64,000 nucleotides of DNA from Rhynchopus sp. YZ270_cl-10 (taxonomy: Eukaryota). How positions within the stretch are numbered: position 1 is the stretch's first letter; every line of letters starts with the position of its first letter. The notes under the pieces are model-generated. The model had not been told where the DNA came from. It made no database searches and worked only from the letters and a program-made list of their open reading frames with translations. Location: positions 1,674,001 to 1,738,000 of the forward strand of contig OZ037836.1 in NCBI GenBank assembly GCA_964035575.1, written 5' to 3'. Positions 1 through 11,223 of this stretch are shown here, in pieces. A program made the position numbers and the translations under genes.

Positions 1-230
1 AGGATTGCCAAAAAAAACTAAATTTCCCCACAACCTTCCTTCAACCCCCTTGTAGGGGCACAGCCCAGGGTGGTAAGGTAGGGTCTTGAAATCGAGGGGG
101 TAAAAGGGTCAATTTTTGCAACCCAGATTTTTGGGGAAATTTGTGGAGAGTTTTGTTAGTTTTTGTACGCTTCGATTACATATCATTTTGCCCCCCCTTT
201 TTGCCACCTCTACTTAATACACTCTTTCAG

Positions 231-521
231 GTCCTGGACGAAGCAGCCGCGATGGCGACAGCGGACGCAGGTACGACCTTGGGCACCACAACGGGGTCGT
301 GCGAGGACAACGGGAGCGATGGGGAGGGGTCGGGAGAAGGGGCTGATGCTGGTGGTGCTGGTGGTGCCAGCACCTCGACTCTGCCTTCACTGAACGCACA
401 CAAGGTGAACATCAAAAGCACGCCACAACCTGCCAAGGGCGCAGACACACCCGACAACGCAGAGGCCGCAGCGAACACACTACCCCCCACTGCGGTGCAA
501 ACCCCCGCTGTGTGCTGCTGA
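231..521 (+). CDS. Possible terminal exon of an upstream gene (Gly/Ala/Thr-rich, ends in Cys-Cys)
   Basis: GC-rich open frame begins right after a pyrimidine-rich tract ending tttcag (AG at 229-230). It reads VLDEAAAMATAD...AVCC to TGA at 519-521. No homology recognised. Confidence 0.35.
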   Translation, partial: VLDEAAAMATADAGTTLGTTTGSCEDNGSDGEGSGEGADAGGAGGASTSTLPSLNAHKVNIKSTPQPAKGADTPDNAEAAANTLPPTAVQTPAVCC

Positions 522-2008
522 CCCTTGAGGGGAACCATGCAGAGAGGTGCACAGAGGGATTCGTGTTTCACCCTCCCTCCTCCGTTTATTTTTTTTCTCT
601 CGAGGTGCCTAACCAAAGAATAATCTAATCAGACTAAGCAAACGAGAGGCTGAGGGATCATCTTATACGCTTTTCTTCTTGCGTTTGGTATAGACACCCA
701 AGCAGTATTCATTATTTATTTTTGCCCCCCTTTCGTCTTTGTTTTCTTTATACAAACGGCAAGTGGATGCGTAATAATTTTGCAGACAGTAATGCACTAG
801 TTGTTAGGAAATAATACATTCAATGAAATCATTTGTGTAGAAAAGTTTCGAGGATGTAGGTTTTATTCTTTTGCCCCAATACTAACTAATCCGTTCCTCC
901 CCCCTCGTTTTTTTTTTTTGCCATCACAACAACGCCTGTCCACCTCCGTTCAGTGTTTCCACATTGAATTTGAGTGGACAGGTGTTGAGTGACTAACACC
1001 TCAAATTTTTACTTTGCTTTTACTGTTTTTGTCGTCACGCTTTATTTATTTATCATTGTTGTTGGGTTGGGAAATAAAGCCCCATTGTGAGAGGGTGAGT
1101 TGCAGTAGTAACGTAATGGTGTTGTGTTCTGGTTACGTTTATAATCAGTGTTTAAGATTGGAGGGGGTTTTTTTTTTTGGGGAGAAATAATTGCCTTTTT
1201 TTTCTATTTTGTTTTCACATTTTTTCTATTACTGAACATGATTTGCAGCCAACGATAAATTTGTCCTCTTTCAAAATAAATTTTGCAAAAAAAAAAAAAA
1301 AGTAGTGGAGTTCATCCTCGGGTGTCTACACTAATACAACCAAGTTTTCAAAAAAAGAAGAAAAAAAAAAATGTGCAGCCACGCAAGTGGTCCTGCCTTG
1401 CTAGCCTTCGCCGGATCTCATGCCTTTTAACTCTCGCCACGATGTTTCCACATTGTGGCAGAAGGGGTTCAAATATGACCTTTTGTAACAAAAAGGTGAC
1501 TAAGCAAACTAAGAGGCTTAGGGTCATCTTATGTGTCGCCCCAAACCCTCTTTCATCTCTAGTTTTCTTGTATCCAAACGTCGAGTGGTGATGCGTAATC
1601 ATTCCCATCTTTGATTTCATGCAATGCAGAAAGGAAAGTGAACACCGTACACCAACTCCCTTGCTTTTTTTTCTATTCTAGGGTTGGAGTAGATCCACAC
1701 TTCGCCGACAGGTTGGGGTGTGTGCGTTTCAACACAACTTCCCTTTTTTTGTCTTTTTTTGTTTTATTGTTGCGGGTCCCTCCCGTTTGTGACACTTCTG
1801 CCTTGAAAAATACCAGAATCAAATTTTTATTTTTTTTCTCAACCGTGTGTGTGGTCACGTTTCTGCGTTCGTACGACCTCCACCAATGCTTTCCCCCACG
1901 CACTCCGTGCCTTCTTCCCACCATGATTGCCTCCTTCAGTGTTCTGATGTCCTCTCCTACTCCCACAACCCCACCACACAATAGAGCAACACAAAAAAGA
2001 AGACAAAA

Positions 2009-3796
2009 ATGGACGTAACCATCAAGGGGTACGACGACAACTTGTTCATGATCGAGGTGGGTGTGGATGACACAACGGAGACGATGCGGCAGAAGGTGGC
2101 GTCTGCAGTGGGGTTGGCTGAGGACAGCTTCCACATGGGCTTCGGAGGGAAGGACGAAGGAGAGGACATCACGCAGCTGAGTGCTGGAGACACAATCATC
2201 CTCACGAAAACTAAGAAGTACGCAGCCCGAGCAGAGCTTCATGCGTTGGGTGAGACGGACATCACTGCAGAGCGGTTGGAGGAGGTGGAGGATCCTGAGG
2301 TGGCGTGTTTGCTTCTGCAGGCGGAGGTTGCGACTGTCATTCCGAAAGGGTTCTTGTCGTGTTCATCGTTAACGAGACTTGATCTGAGCTCTGTTTCGTG
2401 TGTGATGGAAGTTGGTGAAAAATTTCTGGACAGTTGCACAATGTTGACAAGCATCGACCTGTCAGGGTGGAGCAATGTGACGCTCATCGGTAGCTACTTT
2501 CTCAGCGGCTGCAAAGGCTTATCCACTCTGGATCTTTCAGCACTCAGCAACTTGGCAGAAATGGGTGACTACTTTCTCTACGGCTGCAAAGGTTTAACCA
2601 CTCTGGATCTTTCAGCACTCAGCAACTTGACGCGCATCGGTAGCTACTTTCTCTACGGCTGCAAAGGCTTAACCACCCTCGATCTTTCAGCACTCAGCAA
2701 CTTGACGCGCACCGACAGCTACTTTCTCGACGGCTGCACAGGTTTAACCACGCTGGATCTTTCACCACTCAGCAACTTGACAGAAATCGGTGAAAGCTTT
2801 CTCAGCGGCTGCGAAGGCTTATCCACTCTGGATCTTTCAGCACTCAGCAACTTGGCAGAAATGGGTGACTACTTTCTCTACGGCTGCAAAGGTTTAACCA
2901 CTCTGGATCTTTCAGCACTCAGCAACTTGACGCGCATCGGTAGCTACTTTCTCTACGGCTGCAAAGGCTTAACCACCCTCGATCTTTCAGCACTCAGCAA
3001 CTTGACGCGCACCGACAGCTACTTTCTCGACGGCTGCACAGGTTTAACCACGCTGGATCTTTCACCACTCAGCAACTTGACGCTCATCGGTAGCTGCTTT
3101 CTCTACGGCTGCGAAGGTTTAACCACTCTGGATCTTTCACCACTCAGCAACTTGACAAAAATCGGTGAAAGCTTTCTCAGCGGCTGCAAAGGCTTATCCA
3201 CTCTGGATCTTTCAGCACTCAGCAACTTGGCAGAAATCGGTGACTACTTTCTCTACGGCTGCAAAGGTTTAACCACTCTGGATCTTTCAGCACTCAGCAA
3301 CTTGACGCGCATCGGTAGCTGCTTTCTCTCCGGCTGCAAAGGCTTATCCACTCTGGATCTTTCACCACTCAGCCACTTGGCAGAAATCGGTGACTACTTT
3401 CTCTACGACTGCAAAGGTTTAACCACTCTGGATCTTTCGCCACTCAGCAACTTGACGCGCATCGGTAGCTGCTTTCTCTCCGGCTGCAAAGGCTTATCCA
3501 CTCTGGATCTTTCAGCACTCAGCAACTTGACAGAAATCGGTGACTACTTTCTCTACGGCTGCAAAGGTTTAATCACTCTGGATCTCTCTCCACTCAGCAG
3601 AGTTAAGGTTGTTAATTTGTACTTTCTTACGAACTGCACTTCGTTGAAGAGTCTTCACCTTACCGGCTGCAGCAGTGCTGTGTCCGACACAGTAGTGAAG
3701 TGCGAGCTGAGCAAGCTTGTGGTTGAAGCACGTCCGAAACGCAGCAGAGATAAATCCCCCCAGCAAGCACACAAACGGCAGAGACACGCACAATGA
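2009..3796 (+). CDS. Leucine-rich repeat protein (25-aa BspA/TpLRR-like repeats) with N-terminal ubiquitin-like domain and basic C-terminus
   Basis: 595-aa ATG ORF. The N-terminus (MDVTIKG...IEVGVDDTTETMRQKVA...LSAGDTIIL) has a ubiquitin-fold pattern. About 15 copies of LTTLDLSxLSNLxxIGxYFLxGCKG follow. The tail RPKRSRDK...KRQRH is NLS-like. Confidence 0.9.
   Translation: MDVTIKGYDDNLFMIEVGVDDTTETMRQKVASAVGLAEDSFHMGFGGKDEGEDITQLSAGDTIILTKTKKYAARAELHALGETDITAERLEEVEDPEVACLLLQAEVATVIPKGFLSCSSLTRLDLSSVSCVMEVGEKFLDSCTMLTSIDLSGWSNVTLIGSYFLSGCKGLSTLDLSALSNLAEMGDYFLYGCKGLTTLDLSALSNLTRIGSYFLYGCKGLTTLDLSALSNLTRTDSYFLDGCTGLTTLDLSPLSNLTEIGESFLSGCEGLSTLDLSALSNLAEMGDYFLYGCKGLTTLDLSALSNLTRIGSYFLYGCKGLTTLDLSALSNLTRTDSYFLDGCTGLTTLDLSPLSNLTLIGSCFLYGCEGLTTLDLSPLSNLTKIGESFLSGCKGLSTLDLSALSNLAEIGDYFLYGCKGLTTLDLSALSNLTRIGSCFLSGCKGLSTLDLSPLSHLAEIGDYFLYDCKGLTTLDLSPLSNLTRIGSCFLSGCKGLSTLDLSALSNLTEIGDYFLYGCKGLITLDLSPLSRVKVVNLYFLTNCTSLKSLHLTGCSSAVSDTVVKCELSKLVVEARPKRSRDKSPQQAHKRQRHAQ
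2450..3600 (+). repeat. 75-bp coding tandem repeat (LRR units) with a 300-bp-period higher-order duplication
   Basis: ctggatctttcagcactcagcaacttg recurs every 75 bp; 2514-2781 reads identical to 2814-3081. Confidence 0.9.
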
Positions 3797-4940
3797 CGAT
3801 GAGGTGTGCTGCATAACGGGCTTCCTCAAGTAGCTCCTCCAGCGAAAGCAGACATGGTGGCAGTTTAGTGAGGACACATCAGTTGGCAAATGTTTGTTTA
3901 ATGTTGATGAGGGTAGCATCGGTTTGTAATGTGGTCCACGTTTTTGTGGGAATTGTCAAGATCTTGATCACAACGATGAAGATTTGGGCTGTGTAAAATG
4001 TTTGTCTTCTTTGCCTTGTCGGGTGTGTGCACTGTATGTGAAACAACTGTGGATCTGCAGGTACGTGCTCTGATGTTTATTCAGTGTGGTGTGTTGTGGT
4101 TTTGTTATGTTTTTACGTTTTTTTTACATTTGTAGAAGAAGGGACCTTGCGAACATTCTTTCGCAGGTGGGTACAAGCTGTCACCGTGTCACTCACTTCC
4201 CATCTCAACAATTCTCCTTGAAAGAAAAATACGTTGTTTTATATTTTTGTTGCATGTATCTTCCAGTCCTGTGGCTGCCTGGAATAACTGGATGCATGCA
4301 ACCCTGCAGTGCCATCAGCCATCTTGAGTTCACGAGATTACTGTGAACATCCGCTGCAGTTGCTGTGTTACATTTTACTGTTTCCTCAGTCCGATAACTT
4401 TTTTATTACGGTGCAGAAGAGGCAGTAGGGCAGACCAACTACCAAAGGTGGGGTCTGTGCTAGAGGGAAGCGGTTACGTTTTCAGGGTGTTCACTGTACG
4501 TGAGACAACTGACGTGCTCTGTTGTTTATCCAGGATCACGAACCTAGGTCATTTGAAAAGCATATTCGGGGATGGTGTATGGGGACAGGAAGGGTAACAC
4601 ACAAGGTGGTCGCCCTTCTTTATTAGCACTCCATATGTTAGGGTTTTGTGCATTGCTTCTTTCATTTGTTTTGCAGTCAGAGGAAGAGACCGACAGCCGC
4701 CATCCGGAATAAAACGGTACATTTTACCCCCCTGTTTTCATAATTCTCCCACACCCTTTTTTTTAATGAACAAGATAAAACAATAAGCTCGCGTTTCTTT
4801 TATCGAACAGATTTTATTCTCCGCCCCGTACCCAAAACGTAAACACCACTTTGAATCAGAAAAAATATTTTCCTCTCCTTTTTTCTTCCACACGCGCTGG
4901 TTTTTGTATTTCGCTAATTTTTATCAAAAAGCTTTCCCTT

Positions 4941-5083
4941 GTTTCGAGTGCGAAACGTTTCTCCATGTATTGCACGGGAAACAATATGACAAACAGGTGC
5001 AGGGTGGTTCCGTGCTTATCATAGAACCTGGCACCTTGTGTGTCTCCCAAAAACCAAAAAAGCGTTGTGTGTGTAGTTTTGAA
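4941..5083 (+). repeat. Dispersed repeat; second copy at about 31338-31480, partial copy at about 31180-31232
   Basis: Shared sequence gtttcgagtg...tttctccatgtattgcacgg...aaacaggtgcagggtggttccgtgc...aaagcgttgtgtgtg. Confidence 0.85.
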
Positions 5084-5095
5084 GGAAGGAAAAAT

Positions 5096-7516
5096 AAAAG
5101 GGAAATATTCATATTGGAACCGAAACTTTGGGGAACCGGTCATTTCGGAACCGGGAACCGGGGAACCGGGAACCATACGGGGGGAACCAGGGAACCGGTT
5201 CCCGGGGACCGGTTCCCTGGTTCCCGTGTGGTTCCCCTGTGGTTCCCCGTTACTGGGTACTGGGTACTGGGTACTGGGTACTGGGTACTGGGTACTGGGT
5301 ACTGGGTACTGGGTACTGGGTACTGGGTACTGGGTACTGGGTACTGGGTACTGGGTACTGGGTACTGGGTACTGGGTACTGGGTACTGGGTACTGGGTAC
5401 TGGGTACTGGGTACTGGGTACTGGGTACTGGGTACTGGGTACTGGGTACTGGGTACTGGGTACTGGGTACTGGGTACTGGGTACTGGGTACTGGGTACTG
5501 GGTACTGGGTACTGGGTACTGGGTACTGGGTACTGGGTACTGGGTACTGGGTACTGGGTACTGGGTACTGGGTACTGGGTACTGGGTACTGGGTACTGGG
5601 TACTGGGTACTGGGTACTGGGTACTGGGTACTGGGTACTGGGTACTGGGTACTGGGTACTGGGTACTGGGTACTGGGTACTGGGTACTGGGTACTGGGTA
5701 CTGGGTACTGGGTACTGGGTACTGGGTACTGGGTACTGGGTACTGGGTACTGGGTACTGGGTACTGGGTACTGGGTACTGGCACCTTGACAGCTTACAGG
5801 TTACGGTGAAGATAAGGTATGTAAATGTGTTTAACTTTCAGTTACTTGTGTAGATTCAACAAGACGTCCAGTGGTTTGCGGTATTTTTTTAGTGTCTGTT
5901 TTAGTGTGAGTTTTGAAAAGGTTCTGTTGATAGTACAACGCTTTCGTACGCCGTGTTTCACCACTTTTTTCATTAACCTAACTACTTCTACGTTTGTACA
6001 CCATAACTTAATCACACCCCACATTTATACAGGATCGTGAAATATGACTGTATCTGCGATTGCGATGAAAGAAGCTTCGCCTCGTCCGACATTCAACAAC
6101 TCAAAATTCAACGGGTGTTCACCCGCATCAGTCTATTCTGGTTTGCGGGTGAAATACCTGGGGGTGGAAGGGTGGGGGGAACATTTTGTCAGTCACTGCT
6201 ATAGCCATTTAACCCAGGGAGCATAGCTAGTGCAAGAAATTCGACTTTGGAAACCTTCCGGAAGGTCTGTCCTCTGCTCGCGGAGGACTAGACACAAGAA
6301 AATATTGCATTCCCCCAGAAAACCAGTGCACAATTCACACTCCTTGTGGGTGGTCTTGTTGCCTTTTTTGTCATAATAATTTTGGCCCAGGCATGCTCTT
6401 GAAGCATGACAATTTAGTGTGTATGGGGCAGGGTGTTGTTTTGTTCTGAATTCTCTTTGTTATAACATCTAAGTCAATCGCGGGTGGTGGTTTGTGTAGC
6501 GTGAGGCACTACTTACTTCCTGCGGCTGCTAAAGCGTTATTTCTTCGGATTTAACAACGTACAGCGTAACATAGTGGATTCGCCTGGTCGACACAACCTT
6601 TGATAGATATGGGATAACCAACCCCCTTCGACCCCTCGTGGGTTCACTGAACAAGCCCTAGTGGTAGTTAAACGCGATTGACATTTACATTCCTAGAGAT
6701 GAAAGAACAAGATAACACTTCTGTACCCGCGCATCAAAATTGTGGAAAACTTTGCACCCCAAACACCCTCAACAATGCCCGCCAAAAGGCGCCTTGTTGC
6801 TGGGAGTTGGTTCTCATGTTTGATACCTGCACAGCGGGCATTCCTCTGAGTCCAACGCATGTTTGGCCTGTCTGCGGCGTTGTACTTCAGGTGCACGAAG
6901 ACAGGGTCTGGTGGTAAATTTTGCGTAGTGTCGCATTCCCTCATGTGTGGGTCACTCACACTTGGCGGTCATGTGCCACTGCGTGGGTCTGGGAATTTGG
7001 GTACCTGGGTACAGGAAATTTGTTGTGGAAGACATCAACCACCATGCATTGAGGAGGGTAAGACAGTGGTCGCAGTTTCTACTTGATAGCATTACAACAT
7101 TTAACTTCTCCACGGGGGTCTTGGGCCGTTCACCTCGGTTATACCTTGACTACCGGAAGATATTCTTTGCCTTTTTGGTCTCTAGAATATCCGGTCTTCC
7201 CGAACGGAGGCACACTTTGTGTGTTACTACGACCTGGCAATTTCCAGCAGTAGGTTAAGTAATCTTTCTTGTAAATTGTTGGATCATTATCTCCTCAGTG
7301 CATGAATGCCCCACGTGACTGGACACTTTTGTGTTTGTCATGTGGAGCTGTGGTTGCTCTTTCACGACTTTTTTCCTTGTACACCAGTGTGCCGGTACCT
7401 GGGCACCTGGGTACCTGGGTTCCCCCGTATGGTTCCCGGGAACCGGTTCCCCGGTTCCCGGTTCCGAAATGACCGGTTCCCCAAAGTTCCGGTTCCAATA
7501 TGAATATTTCCCTTTT
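5096..7516. mobile_element. Non-autonomous TIR element with long GGAACC-rich inverted repeats and an internal microsatellite
   Basis: aaaagggaaatattcatattggaaccg...tttggggaaccggtcatttcggaaccgggaaccggggaaccgg from 5096 is the reverse complement of about 7443-7516 (about 75 bp, near-identical). No TSD found and no coding capacity. Confidence 0.8.
5251..5781 (+). repeat. Pure heptamer microsatellite (TACTGGG)n, about 76 copies
   Basis: Uninterrupted 7-bp periodicity over about 531 bp. Confidence 0.98.
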
Positions 7517-7775
7517 CTTTATACAAAAACCAACTCTCCACAAGACTCCCTTCACATCCCCTCCTTAGTACTACTTCGAAACTAAACAAAAACTTTTTTT
7601 TCCACTTTTTGTCCCCCTTTTTTTTTTAAACTTTCTTACCCCCCTACCCCCTACCCCTCCCCCCCCTCAGGAAGAACGGGGCATTCTATTCTGGTTTCCC
7701 CTACATCGCCTCCACCACCTCCTCCCTCCTCCTCCTTCTCCCTCCCGCTCTCTTCTTCCCTCCCTCCTCCAAAAA

Positions 7776-9473
7776 ATGTCGCTCGATCCAACGGTTTCAT
7801 TCAAAAACTCATCTGTATCTGGATCGAGTACTGTAGGGTCCCGGAATTTGGGGCTTTCGTTTACAAGGTCTTACGCTTCGGGGACGTATGGAGGGGGCCA
7901 TCGGAGGGGTCAGTCTGAGGCGGGGGTGTCGGCTGCGTTCTCTGGTGCAGGGTCGTCTTTTACGGATTATAGTCCGGTGTATGGGAGGTTGCCTGCTGCG
8001 TCTCAGCCGGTGTTGAATACTGTTGACGGCGAATTTTCAGTCGAGCAGCACGGTGAATGCACAGCAGACAGCCGAAGCTACATCAAAGGCACCTCCGAAG
8101 TAGGTGTCCACCCCGACGATGGGCACGCCACCATCATGACCTCAACGGTCGCTTACATGAAGTCGATGCTTGGCCTCGGCCTCATCTCGATGCCCTACAT
8201 CTGCAAGGAGGTCGGCCTAGTACCGTATTGTCTGTTTCTTTTCATTTTTATGTTTCCTTCTCACATTGCGAATATGTGTTTGGCGCATTCAGTTGAAATT
8301 GCTTTGGGGCCGTGGAATGGGTCGGGACCAAGGCTTGTTGAGAGGGCAGACTATGTGACGCTTGGTGTTCTTGCATTTGGACAGCGTGCGAAATGGCCGA
8401 TCATCGGCATCTTCTTCGTGGAGTGCTGGGGGGGCACGTTGCCGATTTTTATAGTGCTATGGGATATCCTTGCAGACTATGTCAAACACATCCCGGTCCT
8501 GCAGCACAGCTACGTATTCGTCCCCATAATCGGTCTCTGCGTGTTCCCCCTCTGCCTTCTCGACTCGCTCCACGCACTCCGCCATACCTCCATCTTCGGC
8601 GTCTTCGGCGTGACAACCCTTGGCATTTCTCTCGCATACTGGTCCGGCAAATCCGAAAACGATTTCACATCTACAGTTAAAAACGATTCTTTGAAAATCT
8701 CAGGAATCGCTTTGCTTCCGGTTTTTGTGCTGACCTATATGGGTCAATACAACTTCATCGGGGTGTACCGGGAGTTGAAGGAACGGAGCCCCGCAAGGGT
8801 GAACGTAGTGTCCATTCTTAGTCTCGTTCTCTCATTCATTGTGAATGCGCTGGCAGGGATTTGCGGGTATTGGGCGTTTGCCGAGGATACGAATGAGGAC
8901 ATCTTCAAAAACTACGCAGATCTTTCAATCGGACACAACGTAATCTCTGGCGCTGCTTCTCATGGGGTTCGTGTCCTATACGCTTTGAGCATGGCGTTTA
9001 CCGCTCCCGTCTTTTTATTTGAAGCGAGAAACATGGCAGAAGACATTCTCGCAGCACTGTGGGATGACGACGAGGAGAAGCTCCCGCTCAACAAGGAGGA
9101 GGAGGTGAAAGGTGAGGACGTGCTGCCGCAGAAGAATATGAGGAGGAGGGTGGGGGTGATGGCGTTCATGCTGTCGACGTTGTGCTTGGTGGCGGTGGTG
9201 TACCCTCATGTGGTGCAGGCGCTGGCGATTTTAGGGGCGACGACGTCGACTGCGCTGATGCTTGTGCTCCCTCCAGCGTTTGTGTTGCATCTCTCCGCCT
9301 TAATCGGGCAGCCGCTTTCGCCAGTGTCCGCGCTTGCATGCAAAGTGTTCTGCGTCGCAGGGGCGCTGTGTATACCGCTCTTCCTCTCCCTGGTGATCTG
9401 GCAAATGATAGACCCAGCTGACAGTTCGGATAGTTCAGACAGTGTAGGGGGGAATGTGTCCATGTTGTTTTAG
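7776..9473 (+). CDS. Amino acid transporter, AAAP / Aa_trans (SLC38-like) family
   Basis: 565-aa ORF with a long Ser-rich N-tail. Family motifs: KSMLGLGLISMPY (TM1), PLCL..SL.AL..TS, F.Y.GQ.N...VY.EL, G..GY.AF...T..DI..NY, GA......LVLP. About 11 hydrophobic segments. Confidence 0.93.
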   Translation: MSLDPTVSFKNSSVSGSSTVGSRNLGLSFTRSYASGTYGGGHRRGQSEAGVSAAFSGAGSSFTDYSPVYGRLPAASQPVLNTVDGEFSVEQHGECTADSRSYIKGTSEVGVHPDDGHATIMTSTVAYMKSMLGLGLISMPYICKEVGLVPYCLFLFIFMFPSHIANMCLAHSVEIALGPWNGSGPRLVERADYVTLGVLAFGQRAKWPIIGIFFVECWGGTLPIFIVLWDILADYVKHIPVLQHSYVFVPIIGLCVFPLCLLDSLHALRHTSIFGVFGVTTLGISLAYWSGKSENDFTSTVKNDSLKISGIALLPVFVLTYMGQYNFIGVYRELKERSPARVNVVSILSLVLSFIVNALAGICGYWAFAEDTNEDIFKNYADLSIGHNVISGAASHGVRVLYALSMAFTAPVFLFEARNMAEDILAALWDDDEEKLPLNKEEEVKGEDVLPQKNMRRRVGVMAFMLSTLCLVAVVYPHVVQALAILGATTSTALMLVLPPAFVLHLSALIGQPLSPVSALACKVFCVAGALCIPLFLSLVIWQMIDPADSSDSSDSVGGNVSMLF

Positions 9474-9511
9474 AATCTTTTTTTTTTGTTTTTTTTTTTT
9501 TTTGAAGTTTT

Positions 9512-10458
9512 CAGGCTGTATCCTAATCTGGATTCTGGGACACGTTTTTTCGGCCCGTTTTCAACCCTTTTTTTTTTTTTTCTGGGTTCTGGGACACGCT
9601 TTTTTTTTTTTTTCCCGCTTTTTTTTTTTTTTTTTTTCGTGGTACGTGGCGATTTTTTTAGCCAAAAGAAAGAAAAAAATCGGCCGGCAATAAATTTCCC
9701 TCAGGCAATAAATTTCCTTCCAGGATATGCACCTGGGAACTGGGTTGCATCCTGTACCTTAATTTTTTTTGCCTGCGGCGCCATTTTTCCTTTTTTGCTC
9801 CGCAAAAAGGGTTCGTTGAGTGACTTGTATCAATAGCTATATTCGTACACCGTACTCTAATTTTTTTTCGCCTGCGGCGCCATAAAAAAAATGCAGTTCC
9901 CTATCAGGGGTCGCGCTGGATTACTACCGACTACCGTAGATTTTGGTGATTTTGCTCGGTACGTTTTTCCTTACTAAAACCAGAGAATCTCATATTTCAT
10001 AGTAAGGGTGCGTTAGAGTGTTTTTACACGCACATGCGACCTCACCGAGCAATCGGCTCGCGCAATCAAAAGAAGGCAGGGAAAAGGGAAAAGAAAAAGG
10101 CAAAAGTTGGGTACCGTGCGCCTGCGGCGCTACCTGTTCCCAGTCAAAACACCACAATTTCATGGTTCTCAGCCTGAAAATGACTATTGTTTACGAGGAT
10201 GGGTTCATATTTTGCGGAAATTTAAATCACCAAAATTTTGTACATATGAGCGGAGATGCCCCGCCAACGTACGGGGCCGAAAGCTCGGAATGAGTTTACC
10301 GGGCCACATATGAGCGGAGATGCCCCGCCAACGTGCGGGGCCGAAAGCTCGGAATGGGTTTTTTTTTGTCTTTTTTTTTTTTTTTTTTTTGGGAAAAAAA
10401 TTCTGGGACACGACGGGTCCGAAAATGGTGGTTTTTTCCCGACTTAGGATACAGCCTG
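9512..10458. mobile_element. hAT-like MITE with 15-bp TIR and 6-bp TSD
   Basis: TIR caggctgtatcctaa / ttaggatacagcctg. Direct repeat agtttt at 9506-9511 and 10459-10464. Internal ttctgggacacg and cgcctgcggcgc motifs and a ~60-bp tandem duplication at about 10243-10355. Confidence 0.85.
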
Positions 10459-11223
10459 AGTTTTGGGATTGGAGTTGGCGATGTCCAAAAAAAAATTTTT
10501 TAAAGGTGGAGATTTGCACTGTGGCAACACAACTGAGGCTACACTAATTCAACAATTTTATCAAAAAGAAAAAAATGAAAAATAATAGAAGTCTGGTCGC
10601 GAGACGTTCATAAAGGCAAAATATTCTCACCCCCCCGCGGGGTCAGGATCGGACTCAAATGAGAAAAACAGAACAAAAAAAAAAACACAAAAAACAACAA
10701 AAAAAAGAAAAATGCATCAGTGCCTATGTGCATGAACTATTATTGCGTGTGTCTTGTGTGTTTGAAATCAGGTATGGACGGTGGCTTGGCGCCACATGCC
10801 CATGTGCCTGTGTGTGCTTTATTTAAAGGTGACTAAGCACAACAGACTTAGGTTCATCTTATAAACTTCTTGTGTTTTTGTTTTTTTTTTTATATTTCTG
10901 ACAGAACCAAGGCTTTCGAGGGACTCCTCTTCCTTTTTTGTTTTTTTTTAGGGACATGCAATTAATGTCTGTGGGTGCATCAATGCACAACAAGAACGAT
11001 CAAAGGAAAGAGACACAAGCATACTTTTTTTAGGTGACAATTTTTTACCCTCCGGTATGCACCCTTCCACTGCCAAAATTATCAAAACTGCCACATTTTT
11101 TATTTTTATTTATTTTTTGCACTAATTTATCAAATGGCAACCTATCAAGCAACTCTCTTCCCCCCTTTCGCACCTCCCTTTTTCCTGGTTTTCCCCGGCT
11201 GTTTTCACCCCCCCCCCCCCCCC

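Noticed and set aside
5251..5781. Interstitial telomere interpretation of (TACTGGG)n
   Set aside because: Does not match TTAGGG-type repeats and lies inside a TIR element; the organism's telomere unit is unknown from this window.
4904..5853. ORFs of 214-301 aa with WVLGTGY / PSTQYPV repeats
   Set aside because: Artefacts of the stop-free 7-bp microsatellite, which is open in multiple frames on both strands.
11031..11144. Possible TAGG...CCTA mini-element
   Set aside because: Termini match poorly and there is no TSD.
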